Shown here: one piece after another, positions 10,033-19,643 of the stretch | Layout of the letters: each line of letters opens with the position of its first letter | Position numbering within the stretch: position 1 is the first letter of the stretch | From: an uncultured Candidatus Saccharibacteria bacterium | GTDB taxonomy: Bacteria > Patescibacteriota > Minisyncoccia > Phycocordibacterales > UBA9973 | Direction of reading: 5' to 3' | Assembly: GCA_964505155.1 (NCBI GenBank) | Contig: CAZDGL010000001.1 | Coordinates: 71,058 to 135,057, forward strand | DNA: 64,000 nt | Notes under the pieces: generated by a model | Database searches by the model: none | Told to the model about the DNA's origin: nothing | What the model saw: only the letters and a program-made list of their open reading frames with translations | Position numbers and translations under genes: made by a program

Positions 10033-11287
10033 AGGAATCGTGCATGATTGAACGAAGTCTGGTGGTACCGATCTTCGTGGTATCGTATGCAGCTTGTGAA
10101 GCCTGTGAAACGAACTGATATGGAATGCAGTGTAGATCCATCAGCGGCACAGTTGAAAAATCAAATGAACCCTTCAGGTTTGATGAAAGCAGGTAGTTAC
10201 CGATTGCGGTTGAAATATCATAAAGAGTGATGTTAGCAGTTTCACGTGGCTTTTCTACCAGAAGTCTGGTAGCAACTACGGGTTCGTATTCATAACCGAA
10301 GACATATGCCTTACCTGAATCGACTGTGATTTGGAGATTAGCGGAATTGTCTGGATCGTCTTCAATATTAACCTTGAAAGGTCTGACGGTATAGTTACCG
10401 GATTCATCATAGGTACGACGTGCTAGAGTCTTTTCAAGTTCTGAATAATATGGAATGTTCAGAACCTTCTGCTGGACTCCACCTTCAATTCGAGTGATTT
10501 CCACAAAGGATTCGTCGTCCACGGAGTCATATGATCTCTTTGAGAATACGAGATCAATCTTGTATCGATCCGCACCCGGAGCCGTGAAATTTGAAGATCC
10601 CTGTGCTGGATCCAGAAGTGAGGTATCATCGGAAGCATCCACAATACTTTCATCAATATCAAAACCGATCTTGGCATTTGCCGTGGTCTTATACTTTTCA
10701 AGAATGATGGTCTGACGTGCGTTTCGTACAAAGAATCCCTTCACGAAATAGATACCATCGGTCACTTCAGCTAGGATACCGTTTGCGGAAATATTAGCTG
10801 AAGCCACATTAGCATAATAGGCTTCATTCTCGACTCGCAAGGAATCTGATGCCACGAATTCGTCTGAAGTAAGATACTTCAGCATCAGCGTAGGTGGTTC
10901 GGAATTTATGGAATTTTCACCAGATAGGACAATAGCCTTGACGTTTGTTAGGCCATCAGCACGGACGACACGCTTTCCTACAAAATTTGAAACGTCGATG
11001 TCGGTGCCGATATATTGAGAAGCTAGATTTAGAGCCTTGGAAGTCTGATAGGAAATGAATCCACCTTCAACCTGAGATCCATTCTTGAAAATATGACGAC
11101 CTAGACGTTCTGTCTGGATTTGTGCCGCTGACTGCATACCAACAAGTTCTCTTCCCTGAACCGGGAAAGATGGCTTGAACATGTAACGGTAGTATCCCTT
11201 GGATTCGTCTGTATCATCATAATATGGAGCGAACCGTGAGAAATCCGGTATCACGCTCGTATTAACAATATTGGAGGTATTTGCCAT
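9911..11287 (-). CDS. virion structural protein (baseplate/fibre region)
   Basis: 458-aa ORF between gp8 and the giant protein; 3' end overlaps 1531-aa ORF in another frame. Confidence 0.45.
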   Translation of the reverse strand: MANTSNIVNTSVIPDFSRFAPYYDDTDESKGYYRYMFKPSFPVQGRELVGMQSAAQIQTERLGRHIFKNGSQVEGGFISYQTSKALNLASQYIGTDIDVSNFVGKRVVRADGLTNVKAIVLSGENSINSEPPTLMLKYLTSDEFVASDSLRVENEAYYANVASANISANGILAEVTDGIYFVKGFFVRNARQTIILEKYKTTANAKIGFDIDESIVDASDDTSLLDPAQGSSNFTAPGADRYKIDLVFSKRSYDSVDDESFVEITRIEGGVQQKVLNIPYYSELEKTLARRTYDESGNYTVRPFKVNIEDDPDNSANLQITVDSGKAYVFGYEYEPVVATRLLVEKPRETANITLYDISTAIGNYLLSSNLKGSFDFSTVPLMDLHCIPYQFVSQASQAAYDTTKIGTTRLRSIMHDSYGSITNAASYLARVYIADTQFVSISANANSANAQLSTFLC

Positions 11288-11294
11288 TTCTATC

Positions 11295-12599
11295 CTAGAA
11301 ATTGATTACAATTCGGTAATCTTCTGTTTGATTAACATTTCTGGTAACTGCTTCGATATTATTTAGGTAGAGCAAACGTCCACTTCTTAGATTTACATCA
11401 GGAGATTTGACGTCTGATACAAATCGTCCTGCAGACGAATTGGCACCAAAAATGGTATCGGAGATAATAGATCCGATGGTATTAGTTACCTTCAGGATGG
11501 AATTAGCTGAATTCCAATCCACAAGCATTCCGGTAAACGTTGCCGTATCCAGAGAAGCTCCCTGATATACGTATTCACCTTCCTGATAGCTGGTTCCAGA
11601 TCCAGTTACCGTGATATCCGTAGTCAGGGAAATTGCGGTATTGGTGATAAAATCGTCCGTTCCCTGTTCGGTCGGATCCTGAACAATTCCTAGCTGTCGA
11701 TATGTTCCCTTAACCGGAAGCTTTCCAGACTCGTCTGCATTCAATCGAATATTGAGCATCACGTCTGTGGACAAGAATTCATAGACCGGATCCGATCCAT
11801 GTCCATTCTTTGGACCTAATAGCGGCTTCAGAAGAGCATCAGATCCTCCACCACCAGAAATGGTTGCCACGGCATTCGTATATCCTGTGCCATATGATGT
11901 CATGACAATAGCAGATACCGTATTGGTTGAGGTATTCAGCGAAGCCGTAGCGGTTGCACCTTCACCGTCTCCAGTAATCGTGACTATAACATTAGATGAA
12001 TTTGAATAATTCGATCCCGTATTGGCAATATGGATTGCTAGGATTGCTCCATCAGCAGCGGATTCCTGTACATCCCACTGCTGTGATCCATTGTCGACTG
12101 TCAGGGTTCTAACCGGAATATAGTTTTCAGATAGAAACTTGGTAATGTCTCCGACTCCTACGGTATACATATACTTCCAAATGTAACCATCAGCAGTCTG
12201 GGTAATAGTATTACCTAAAGACGTAGGTTTAGTAGTGGACATTGCTCCACGATTATTTGAGATACACTTATAGATGTTGAATTCATCGGTCATGACATAG
12301 AAATTCTTGATCTCTGAACCATAATCGAAGTATGGATATACGGTGTTTGCTACCCAATCGTATCGAGGGATCACATTGACTAAGTCTCCACCCAGAATTT
12401 TCTTTCCACCGACTACCGATTTCCAGAACAAAAATTCTGTTGCCAGAGACGTATTAGCTGTTTCTGGACTAGCTTCATTGGACCACGCTGTAGGTCGACC
12501 ATAGATTAGATAAAGATTATTCTCATCATCCTCGGACAACGATTCAATAAACTGTGCAGTATTATAGACTCTGAACTGGTCTTTGATTAGACTAGGCAT
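11295..12599 (-). CDS. baseplate wedge subunit gp8-like
   Basis: N-terminal and C-terminal blocks align by eye with T4 gp8 (GYIWKYMYTVG vs GYVWEYLFEIP; C-terminus ...NNIEAVTRNVNQTEDYRIVINF vs ...NRPPIIMAMDQTEEINILFTF); extra Gly-rich insert. Confidence 0.6.
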   Translation of the reverse strand: MPSLIKDQFRVYNTAQFIESLSEDDENNLYLIYGRPTAWSNEASPETANTSLATEFLFWKSVVGGKKILGGDLVNVIPRYDWVANTVYPYFDYGSEIKNFYVMTDEFNIYKCISNNRGAMSTTKPTSLGNTITQTADGYIWKYMYTVGVGDITKFLSENYIPVRTLTVDNGSQQWDVQESAADGAILAIHIANTGSNYSNSSNVIVTITGDGEGATATASLNTSTNTVSAIVMTSYGTGYTNAVATISGGGGSDALLKPLLGPKNGHGSDPVYEFLSTDVMLNIRLNADESGKLPVKGTYRQLGIVQDPTEQGTDDFITNTAISLTTDITVTGSGTSYQEGEYVYQGASLDTATFTGMLVDWNSANSILKVTNTIGSIISDTIFGANSSAGRFVSDVKSPDVNLRSGRLLYLNNIEAVTRNVNQTEDYRIVINF

Positions 12600-14697
12600 C
12601 GATAAATCCTATATTGACATTGCCTGAGTAGGTTCTATTATTTGGTAGTGACGAAACATTACCGTAAATGTTAAAGAATCCATTGGATACGTTTGGAACA
12701 ATTACGTTTGCAGTAAATTCAATAATCACGTTTGTGATATTTGAAGCCAGATTTGATGGTGCTGAACCAGAATATACAAGAAGCGAATTGGCATCGTTTG
12801 CCGCATACTGACCGGGATAGAATAGAATCATTCCCTCGTATGAGGTATTTACCTGATGTGTATTCTGTTCGAACTTTTTCTTATATTCGGCAAATGCAAT
12901 CAAACCTGCAGGATGTGATACTTCCTTGAGGGTTTTTCTATACTTATCAAATGTCTGATCGGACTTGACAACATATGAAAAGTTTTGGTAGTAATCCTGA
13001 TCCTGTAGTCTCATTGTGGACGAAGGCATACCGTCGTCGTTTAGGAATCTACCGGGATAATCAAATACACCAGTTACGATAGTCGCAACTGCTTGTGCCG
13101 TTCCATCACCTGAGGCTCGCAGATTGATCGTAGGAGCAGTCTGATAACCGGATCCACGGTTCAAGATTTCAATAGTCAAAATCGAACCGACCGAGGTGTT
13201 GCTTGATGTAAAGATTTCACCGTCACCTAGAATAGCGGTAACCGTGATATTTGCACCAGATCCACCAGCAGACGTAATCGAAACGGATGGAAGCGCATTC
13301 TGTCGATATCCGTAGCCACCAGCGATATATCCTGACTCAGGTACGAAATTGACTCGCGTAATTCCACCGCTTCCATCAATCTGTGTGACGTTTGCCTTAC
13401 CCTTGAATCCATATTCACCCGGTTGATTGACGAAAAGAATCTGATCCCCTACAGCATATCCTGTACCCGGTGAATTGATTGCCATTCGTCCTAAAATACC
13501 CAGACGCTTGATAGTCGTATTGGCCACCGCGTCCATATCTGGAGTCGATAGGTAGTTGTTGCCTCCCACATGAACTGTTATAACAGAAATAGGTCCGGTG
13601 TTGGCATATTGATAAAGATGTAGCGTATCACCCATAACCGAATTCGCATTAGGTGATGACACTATCAGGGTGCTTAGATTTGAATAAACCGTATTCCCCA
13701 GAATCGTATTGGCTTCGGCCAACAGCGATGTCGTCCAGATATTATAAGAGTTAGGATGATATAGCTCGGTTTTGTCTACCTGCGTGATTTCGGCATTGGC
13801 ACCTGAACCAGATCCGGTAATCAAGATGAAGTTGTTTACCTGAAATCCTGCACCACCATTTAGAACACCGATAGCTTCCAGACCACCTGTGGATACGGTC
13901 GATACGATTGCGATAGCACCGCAACCTGAATTGGATTCAAATACCAGAGAGTCACCAACCTCGTAACCAGCACCCGGATTGACAATGGTAATCGAATTAA
14001 TGATACCTGAATAGACGTTACCAGAAATGGATTTGGTCTCACCGTTTTCCGTGAAATATGAGATAACCATTTCACCGTTATCGAATGCACCCTCAATATT
14101 TGTGAGTGCTAATTCGTTGATTTCAATTCCGGTTTCAAAGTATCTGGTGACACGTTCTACCACTGCGGATGCATTAGAGGTATTGCCGCGCAGCAACGTA
14201 TTCCGAAAGTTCTCAAATCCGTTCAGGTTAGTGTTGGATACACCTTCGACCTTGATATCCGTAATACGAAGTGCCTTCTGGACATACCACTTACCATCAG
14301 ACACTTTTAGAATATTGTTCTTTGGATACGTGATTTCGGTATTGGACGATCCGGTTATAATATTGATCAAGAATCGTACGGCTTTTTCGGTACCGTTTGA
14401 ATGGTAGAAGTCCTGAATATTCTTGAGCAGAAGGTCTTTGTCCACAATTACACTAGACGGAATAGACTTCATGAACTGCTCATAGAGTTTTTGCTTTAGT
14501 TCCGAATGAGTATCGTCCACGTCATAATAGCGAATAAGGTTGGACATACGTTCCAAAACCTTACCATCTTCTAGAGTTTCAGAATATTGTTCCAGATACC
14601 GATAGTAGTATTCCATGAATTTAACGAACTGAGGATGGTCAGTCCGAATAAATCCTGATAGCTGATCGGTTACGAATATAGAGGTTTTGTTATTCAT
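12592..14697 (-). CDS. baseplate wedge initiator gp7-like
   Basis: 701 aa between gp6 and gp8 homologues (T4 order 6-7-8); C-terminal HPAG block reminiscent of T4 gp7 HPVG region; carries Gly-rich modules. Confidence 0.45.
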   Translation of the reverse strand: MNNKTSIFVTDQLSGFIRTDHPQFVKFMEYYYRYLEQYSETLEDGKVLERMSNLIRYYDVDDTHSELKQKLYEQFMKSIPSSVIVDKDLLLKNIQDFYHSNGTEKAVRFLINIITGSSNTEITYPKNNILKVSDGKWYVQKALRITDIKVEGVSNTNLNGFENFRNTLLRGNTSNASAVVERVTRYFETGIEINELALTNIEGAFDNGEMVISYFTENGETKSISGNVYSGIINSITIVNPGAGYEVGDSLVFESNSGCGAIAIVSTVSTGGLEAIGVLNGGAGFQVNNFILITGSGSGANAEITQVDKTELYHPNSYNIWTTSLLAEANTILGNTVYSNLSTLIVSSPNANSVMGDTLHLYQYANTGPISVITVHVGGNNYLSTPDMDAVANTTIKRLGILGRMAINSPGTGYAVGDQILFVNQPGEYGFKGKANVTQIDGSGGITRVNFVPESGYIAGGYGYRQNALPSVSITSAGGSGANITVTAILGDGEIFTSSNTSVGSILTIEILNRGSGYQTAPTINLRASGDGTAQAVATIVTGVFDYPGRFLNDDGMPSSTMRLQDQDYYQNFSYVVKSDQTFDKYRKTLKEVSHPAGLIAFAEYKKKFEQNTHQVNTSYEGMILFYPGQYAANDANSLLVYSGSAPSNLASNITNVIIEFTANVIVPNVSNGFFNIYGNVSSLPNNRTYSGNVNIGFIDA

Positions 14698-16769
14698 TAG
14701 GTAATCGGAACCATTTCAATTACGATTGAACTAGAATCGTTCTCATCAATATCCAGAATATTGTTTCTGGATGGTAGAATGATATCAGTTTCTGGTTGAA
14801 TATTCAGAGTCATGACATCATCATTGTAGTTTGAATTCTCGGATACTGACAGGAAGCTCAGGTTGTTTAGAACAATTTCACCTGTCTGATAATCAATAGT
14901 GCCTGCATTCTCGTTGATATAGACCTTTTCACCGTTCGAACGGATATAATAGATCCGAAGATTTCCAGTTCGGGCTTGCAATACCGGAGTAGCTGCACCA
15001 CCAAATCCTCCACCACCAGATATTGTGATAGAAGCTCGCGTATAATTTGTACCTCGATCCACGATTGTGATGGTTGAGATCTTACCATTCACGATTGAAG
15101 CCTGAGCAGTTGCACCCATACCATCACCTAAAATGGTAACGGTCGGTGCTTCCGTGTAGGAATAACCGGGATTGGTGATGACTACCTCGTCCACACCCGT
15201 AAAGGATTCAGGTACTTCTTCAATATAGCAGGTTCGCGTCACATTGAATGAGTCCTTCATCGTGAATGTAGGATTAGAATAGAGCTTCTCATTGATGCCA
15301 CCACGCAATAGAGGCACATTGAAATCAATCTCGTAATTCTTAGAAATATCGAACGTTGGTTCAAATCGCTTCTGAAGATAGATATCCAGCGAGCAGGATA
15401 CGATAGCACGATTGGTATCCTCAATCTTTCTAACCAATCTGGACTTATAGAATGAAGCATCGAATGTGCGGAGATTATCGTCCTTAAACTCCGCAATGGC
15501 ATTTCTGATCTGAGTCTTGATTGAATTTTCGTCAATCGTAGACTTTCGAGGATCGTAGCTGACGCGAGCATTGACAATGAGATAGGTATAATCAGGATCC
15601 ACGATTTCTGGTGTGATACCCAATACGGACTTCTTCTGAATGATTTCCGTCACGATACGGATCTTCTCTAGATTTGAGATCTCAAAATTACGTACAGGCT
15701 TCATGGAAATAAAGACCTTGCCATAGATTGGAGGGACATTATCCTCTCCTCCCCAAACCGAGACCGCTTCAATATTTGGATAGTCTCTGAGAATGATTGC
15801 CTTGTAGTCCTCATCAATTACCGCACGATTCTGGACGGTGTAATGAATAGGTGCTCGCGCACGAATTTCCTCGATAGTTTCTCTATCGGATCCACCATAT
15901 GCAGCAAATACAGGATTGATGATTACGTTGTCATTGTATCCATTGATGGAGTCCAGAAGAATGAATGAGTTGGCATCGTTGCCATACTTACCTTCGGTAT
16001 CCAGATAGGTGACAATAACGATATTGCCATTGGACGGACGCTTACCGATCACATTATCCCCGAAATAGAGGATATAGTTGCCATTGGATAGTGAGCTTTC
16101 TTCGAGGAAGAATACCTGCGTATTGCCTCGGATTTCGGTAATATCCTCGTTGACTACGTAAACCTGCGTATCGGTATTTGAGGATGATTCTTGTACAGCT
16201 ACGCTAACCGTAGATATATCAACGTTAGCAGAAGGGATAACATACCGAGGTTTTGCACCGGATACCACATAAGCATTTCGGATAACTTCACCTTGCTTGA
16301 CAACAATATTTGAGAAATAGAAAGTTCCATTAGCATCCTTTGTCGCGACGTTTGTGTTGAGAGTCACGAAATTATAATTCAAACCATCTATTGACTCGGA
16401 CTGGAAAGGAGTGTAGCGTTCCAGAGTTAAGGTTTGTGCTGAGTTGTCCTCAGAACCTTCAGGAGTGACTCGGATATTGAGTTGGGAGGTAGCACCGATC
16501 TGGGATTGCGGTACGTAGTTTAGAGACTTTGCATGTGAGATAATGGAAGAACGTTTCTGTGCGGTATCCAGAAACATTTCGTTACCAATCATGTTTGCAT
16601 AAAATGCCTGATAGTAGGTGTTGTAGGCCAGAATATCCAGAAGGCTCGATAGACCGGATGCCTCGAAGTTATAATCTGTAAACTCGGATTGATTCTGGAA
16701 GAAGTTCTTCAGGTTATTTCGGATAGAGTCGAAATCTAGCTCTGTGATTCTTAGGGTATTATTTGCCAT
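14697..16769 (-). CDS. baseplate wedge subunit gp6
   Basis: N-terminus MANNTLRITELDFDSIRNNLKNFFQNQSEFTDYNFEASGLSSLLDILAYNTYYQ parallels T4 gp6 N-terminus (..NGQNEFLDYDFEGSRLNVLCDLLAYNTLY); 690 aa vs 660 in T4. Confidence 0.7.
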   Translation of the reverse strand: MANNTLRITELDFDSIRNNLKNFFQNQSEFTDYNFEASGLSSLLDILAYNTYYQAFYANMIGNEMFLDTAQKRSSIISHAKSLNYVPQSQIGATSQLNIRVTPEGSEDNSAQTLTLERYTPFQSESIDGLNYNFVTLNTNVATKDANGTFYFSNIVVKQGEVIRNAYVVSGAKPRYVIPSANVDISTVSVAVQESSSNTDTQVYVVNEDITEIRGNTQVFFLEESSLSNGNYILYFGDNVIGKRPSNGNIVIVTYLDTEGKYGNDANSFILLDSINGYNDNVIINPVFAAYGGSDRETIEEIRARAPIHYTVQNRAVIDEDYKAIILRDYPNIEAVSVWGGEDNVPPIYGKVFISMKPVRNFEISNLEKIRIVTEIIQKKSVLGITPEIVDPDYTYLIVNARVSYDPRKSTIDENSIKTQIRNAIAEFKDDNLRTFDASFYKSRLVRKIEDTNRAIVSCSLDIYLQKRFEPTFDISKNYEIDFNVPLLRGGINEKLYSNPTFTMKDSFNVTRTCYIEEVPESFTGVDEVVITNPGYSYTEAPTVTILGDGMGATAQASIVNGKISTITIVDRGTNYTRASITISGGGGFGGAATPVLQARTGNLRIYYIRSNGEKVYINENAGTIDYQTGEIVLNNLSFLSVSENSNYNDDVMTLNIQPETDIILPSRNNILDIDENDSSSIVIEMVPIT

Positions 16770-17548
16770 TAAACTTCTAATCTCTTTTTATGAGAAAATC
16801 CTATATTTCTTTTATGTTCTTCGGTAAGACGTTTAAAAGCACGTTTTGATGGTCTACCTAATTTCCAACCTTCTGGAACTTCTTCAGGAGAAAACATTCT
16901 CATATCTTTTCCATTATTATAAAGTTTTCGTCCTAGATTTGTATAAATGTTTCCATTTGAACGTTTCCATGTTTTGCCTTTAGATGTGTGAATATCAGAC
17001 CAACCCGGAAGTCGACCTATATACCATCCTTCTAATAACCATTTTTCTACATCTTCATGAAATACGTTCATCGTTTTATTCAATTCAATGTTAGAAATGT
17101 AAGTTCGTTTTTTCTTGTCTTCAGAAAGCAGTTTCTTCTGTTCGTCAGAAATAGTTTTACCTTTATTTGCTTTTCCGATGTTAGTTTTCCATTCTGGTGA
17201 TAGACTTCGACCAGTCTGAGTCTTTGATATTTTTTGTCCAACTGTTAATTTATAATCTGGATCACTCCACCACAACCCAATAGTTTGAAATTTTAAATTA
17301 TAATATCTAACTTTTTTCAGTTTTGCTTTATCTAACCATTTTTGTTCTTCATATAACATATCTTTTTTATCAGAATAAATGTATTTTAATATTCGACGTT
17401 TAAAATCATCAGGACGACGTCTATATGCTTTTCTCATTCTAGTTGAAGAACATACATATCCATCGTTTTCAGTTCCCCAATGGGATCCGATATAATACAT
17501 TTTACGTTTACGGTCATACCAGATATAAACAAATCCATATTTTTCCAT
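16769..17548 (-). CDS. GIY-YIG homing endonuclease (seg-like) inserted between gp25 and gp6
   Basis: GFVYIWYDRKRKMYYIGS GIY-YIG motif; repeated NUMOD3-like KTQTGRSLSPEWKTNIGKANKGKTISDEQ; AT-rich relative to flanks. Confidence 0.8.
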   Translation of the reverse strand: MEKYGFVYIWYDRKRKMYYIGSHWGTENDGYVCSSTRMRKAYRRRPDDFKRRILKYIYSDKKDMLYEEQKWLDKAKLKKVRYYNLKFQTIGLWWSDPDYKLTVGQKISKTQTGRSLSPEWKTNIGKANKGKTISDEQKKLLSEDKKKRTYISNIELNKTMNVFHEDVEKWLLEGWYIGRLPGWSDIHTSKGKTWKRSNGNIYTNLGRKLYNNGKDMRMFSPEEVPEGWKLGRPSKRAFKRLTEEHKRNIGFSHKKRLEV

Positions 17549-17587
17549 TTATACTCCTTTTAAAGTATATTTAGGAAAACGGCCGTC

Positions 17588-18016
17588 TCACCTTATACGT
17601 TCTAAGAAAATCTCAACCCGGATTGGTTCGTTGATGTTTTCTACTTGGATTGTGATGGTCATGGTGACACCATTTTTAGATGGTTCACCACGTCCACGAA
17701 TTTCTAGGATAGATGCTCGCGGTTCAAAATTCTTGATTGCAAGTGATGCACGATCAATCATAAGTTTAATCGTCTGTTCGTTCATGGTTTCAAACAGGAG
17801 TCCACGGACACCGGATCCATAATATGGTTTGAATGGTCGTTCATAATAATTGGTAAGAACGACATTTCGGATAGCTCGTCTGACCGCTTCGGCACCAACG
17901 AGTTTAGTGACATCACCCGTCACAGGATGTGCCATGAAGTTCAGATCCAAGTCTCTGTATTTTGGTGAATTTCTTGTGATTAATTCCATTCGATTATTTA
18001 GGTGAGCGCTTGACAA
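17588..18016 (-). CDS. baseplate wedge subunit gp25 (GPW/gp25 family)
   Basis: 142 aa; ERPFKPYYGSGVRGLLFE matches the RPF.P.FG core of gp25/GPW proteins; first gene of the minus-strand wedge operon. Confidence 0.75.
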   Translation of the reverse strand: MSSAHLNNRMELITRNSPKYRDLDLNFMAHPVTGDVTKLVGAEAVRRAIRNVVLTNYYERPFKPYYGSGVRGLLFETMNEQTIKLMIDRASLAIKNFEPRASILEIRGRGEPSKNGVTMTITIQVENINEPIRVEIFLERIR

Positions 18017-18061
18017 TTTTTCAAATATGGAGTAGTGTCAATCATCAAATGGAGAACGGAA
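18010..18061 (+). promoter_or_regulatory. sigma70-like early promoter + conserved leader/RBS (copy 1)
   Basis: TTGACA-17nt-TAGTGT followed by ATCATCAAATGGAGAACGGAAATG; near-identical copy at 18256. Confidence 0.35.
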
Positions 18062-18259
18062 ATGTCTAAGAAGCGGGTTTATCGGGTTTGGATTATCGGT
18101 AAGCGCATTTCCACTCAGCAGATTGTGGTTTCGACCACGGCAGCGAATGCTCGCGCAGAATATGCCAACCAAATGGGGTTGAAGACCTATCTGGTTGACG
18201 CAGTCTGGATGCGCGAATGTGACGACAATATGAATAACCTTCTTAAGAAGTTGGGTTGA
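18062..18259 (+). CDS. hypothetical small protein
   Basis: ATG 7 nt after GGAGAACGGA RBS (MSKKRVYRVWIIGKRIST...); ORF-track start at 18035 is a GTG extension. Confidence 0.35.
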   Translation: MSKKRVYRVWIIGKRISTQQIVVSTTAANARAEYANQMGLKTYLVDAVWMRECDDNMNNLLKKLG

Positions 18260-18307
18260 CTACTTCTAAAAAATGAAGTAGGGTAACTCATCAAATGGAG
18301 AACGGAT
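18256..18307 (+). promoter_or_regulatory. sigma70-like early promoter + conserved leader/RBS (copy 2)
   Basis: TTGACT-17nt-TAGGGT then CTCATCAAATGGAGAACGGATATG; drives an 18-codon ORF (18308-18364) and the 77-aa ORF. Confidence 0.35.
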
Positions 18308-18399
18308 ATGCGAATCCAGATTGACATTTCCGACAGTAAGCATCGTCAGCTTCTCAGAATCTGATACAACACCATTATCGAAACGAAGGGACTTCCAAA

Positions 18400-18633
18400 A
18401 TGGACCGCACCGAAGACTGGTATGATTACGACATCCCGCAGAAATACCAGCACGCGACCTTTCCTGCGCTGATGATCAACGACGAGGTTTTCTATGCCGA
18501 GAACTTCGCGGACGCAGCAGACGAAGCTATGAAGGTTTTCAAGCTGACCGAGGAAGAACTCGACGCGGTTGCCGAGATCGGATCCTTCTCGACCAAGACC
18601 CAGAACTTCACTGCATTCAAAGAGGAAATCTAA
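18400..18633 (+). CDS. hypothetical acidic protein
   Basis: 77-aa ORF with GAAGGGA RBS. Confidence 0.35.
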   Translation: MDRTEDWYDYDIPQKYQHATFPALMINDEVFYAENFADAADEAMKVFKLTEEELDAVAEIGSFSTKTQNFTAFKEEI

Positions 18634-18637
18634 GACC

Positions 18638-18826
18638 ATGCACACCTTGCTCGCGATACTTTCCTTCCCCTTCTGGTTCGTTGGGTTATTTCTGATGATC
18701 CTCGGAGTTTGGGGTACGTTTTCTCAGAATGGTGTTCTTTTCGAACCGGGTTTCTTTGGTCGACTTGCAACTTCCACAATCGGTATCGGGTTCTGGTTGA
18801 TTGCCTATATGATGGTTACATTCTAA
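18638..18826 (+). CDS. small two-TM membrane protein
   Basis: MHTLLAILSFPFWFVGLFLMILGVWG...IGIGFWLIAYMMVTF; ORF-track start 18569 is an upstream extension. Confidence 0.35.
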   Translation: MHTLLAILSFPFWFVGLFLMILGVWGTFSQNGVLFEPGFFGRLATSTIGIGFWLIAYMMVTF

Positions 18827-18839
18827 GGAGATTTGAAAA

Positions 18840-19124
18840 ATGAATGACGATTCTACGATTGGAATTACACTCACCAAGGACGAAGCCAAGCTTCTGGTGA
18901 TCCTGACTGAATATGTCGGTGGGACACCAGACAAATCCCTGCGTCGAGCATCGGATTCACTTCGGACAAAGCTTATTGATATCCTTAATACCTCGAATTA
19001 TCGTAGGTTTGATATTTACGATAAGCTCGGTATCAAGATGGAGCCGAACGATTATTATCTGATTGACATGAACTACTATGCTCCTGACATCAACATCTAT
19101 TTCAAGGATGGATCCAACCTATGA
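18840..19124 (+). CDS. hypothetical protein
   Basis: 94-aa ORF, RBS GGAGA. Confidence 0.35.
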   Translation: MNDDSTIGITLTKDEAKLLVILTEYVGGTPDKSLRRASDSLRTKLIDILNTSNYRRFDIYDKLGIKMEPNDYYLIDMNYYAPDINIYFKDGSNL

Positions 19125-19330
19125 TCACGAAGATCAATCTTCGACTGAATGATATTGTGGAGATCTACGGAACGGAATCCTTCCTTGATGGAATGACCGG
19201 AGTCAATCTCGGTACGTCATCGGTGGGAGTCGTGGATCTCTACATCATCCTGCTCGATGTGCCGCTCAAGACGCATCGAGCCGTAACCATTCCTGAGTCA
19301 TGCTTGAAGGTGAAATATCATGCCGTATAA
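19121..19330 (+). CDS. hypothetical protein
   Basis: 69-aa ORF, start overlaps upstream stop. Confidence 0.3.
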   Translation: MITKINLRLNDIVEIYGTESFLDGMTGVNLGTSSVGVVDLYIILLDVPLKTHRAVTIPESCLKVKYHAV

Positions 19331-19643
19331 TAATAACGTGGTGGAATTCCCGGTATTCAAGGATCGGTATGGGAACAGGTTCGTGTTCCCAACGGTACAC
19401 AACAAGAATGAGAATCTATCGGGTACCGGATTGTGGAGTTGGTGTCGCTATGCCGAGGTTGCGCTCGATGTAGTCGAAGAAGACAAACGGTTCGAAGTCG
19501 AACTGGATGCCGAAGGGTATGTGAACTTCACTCATGTGGTAACCATCTGCGCTTCCAGAGGATTTAAAGATGGTGGTGAAACTGTCTGGATGATTGGTGG
19601 TCCAGAATTTGATTCCTTCATTGCGAGAGGAGCTTCCGAATGA
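19320..19643 (+). CDS. hypothetical protein
   Basis: 107-aa ORF coupled to neighbours. Confidence 0.35.
   Translation: MPYNNNVVEFPVFKDRYGNRFVFPTVHNKNENLSGTGLWSWCRYAEVALDVVEEDKRFEVELDAEGYVNFTHVVTICASRGFKDGGETVWMIGGPEFDSFIARGASE

Noticed and set aside
12741-14407. Small plus-strand ORFs inside gp7-like (12741-12929, 14027-14407) and similar ones inside gp6/giant protein
   Set aside because: Antisense to long, well-supported structural genes; no independent signals
18035-18061. GTG-extended start of the first early ORF
   Set aside because: ATG at 18062 has ideal spacing from the conserved GGAGAACGGA RBS that is duplicated at the second promoter copy; the GTG start would place the RBS inside the coding region
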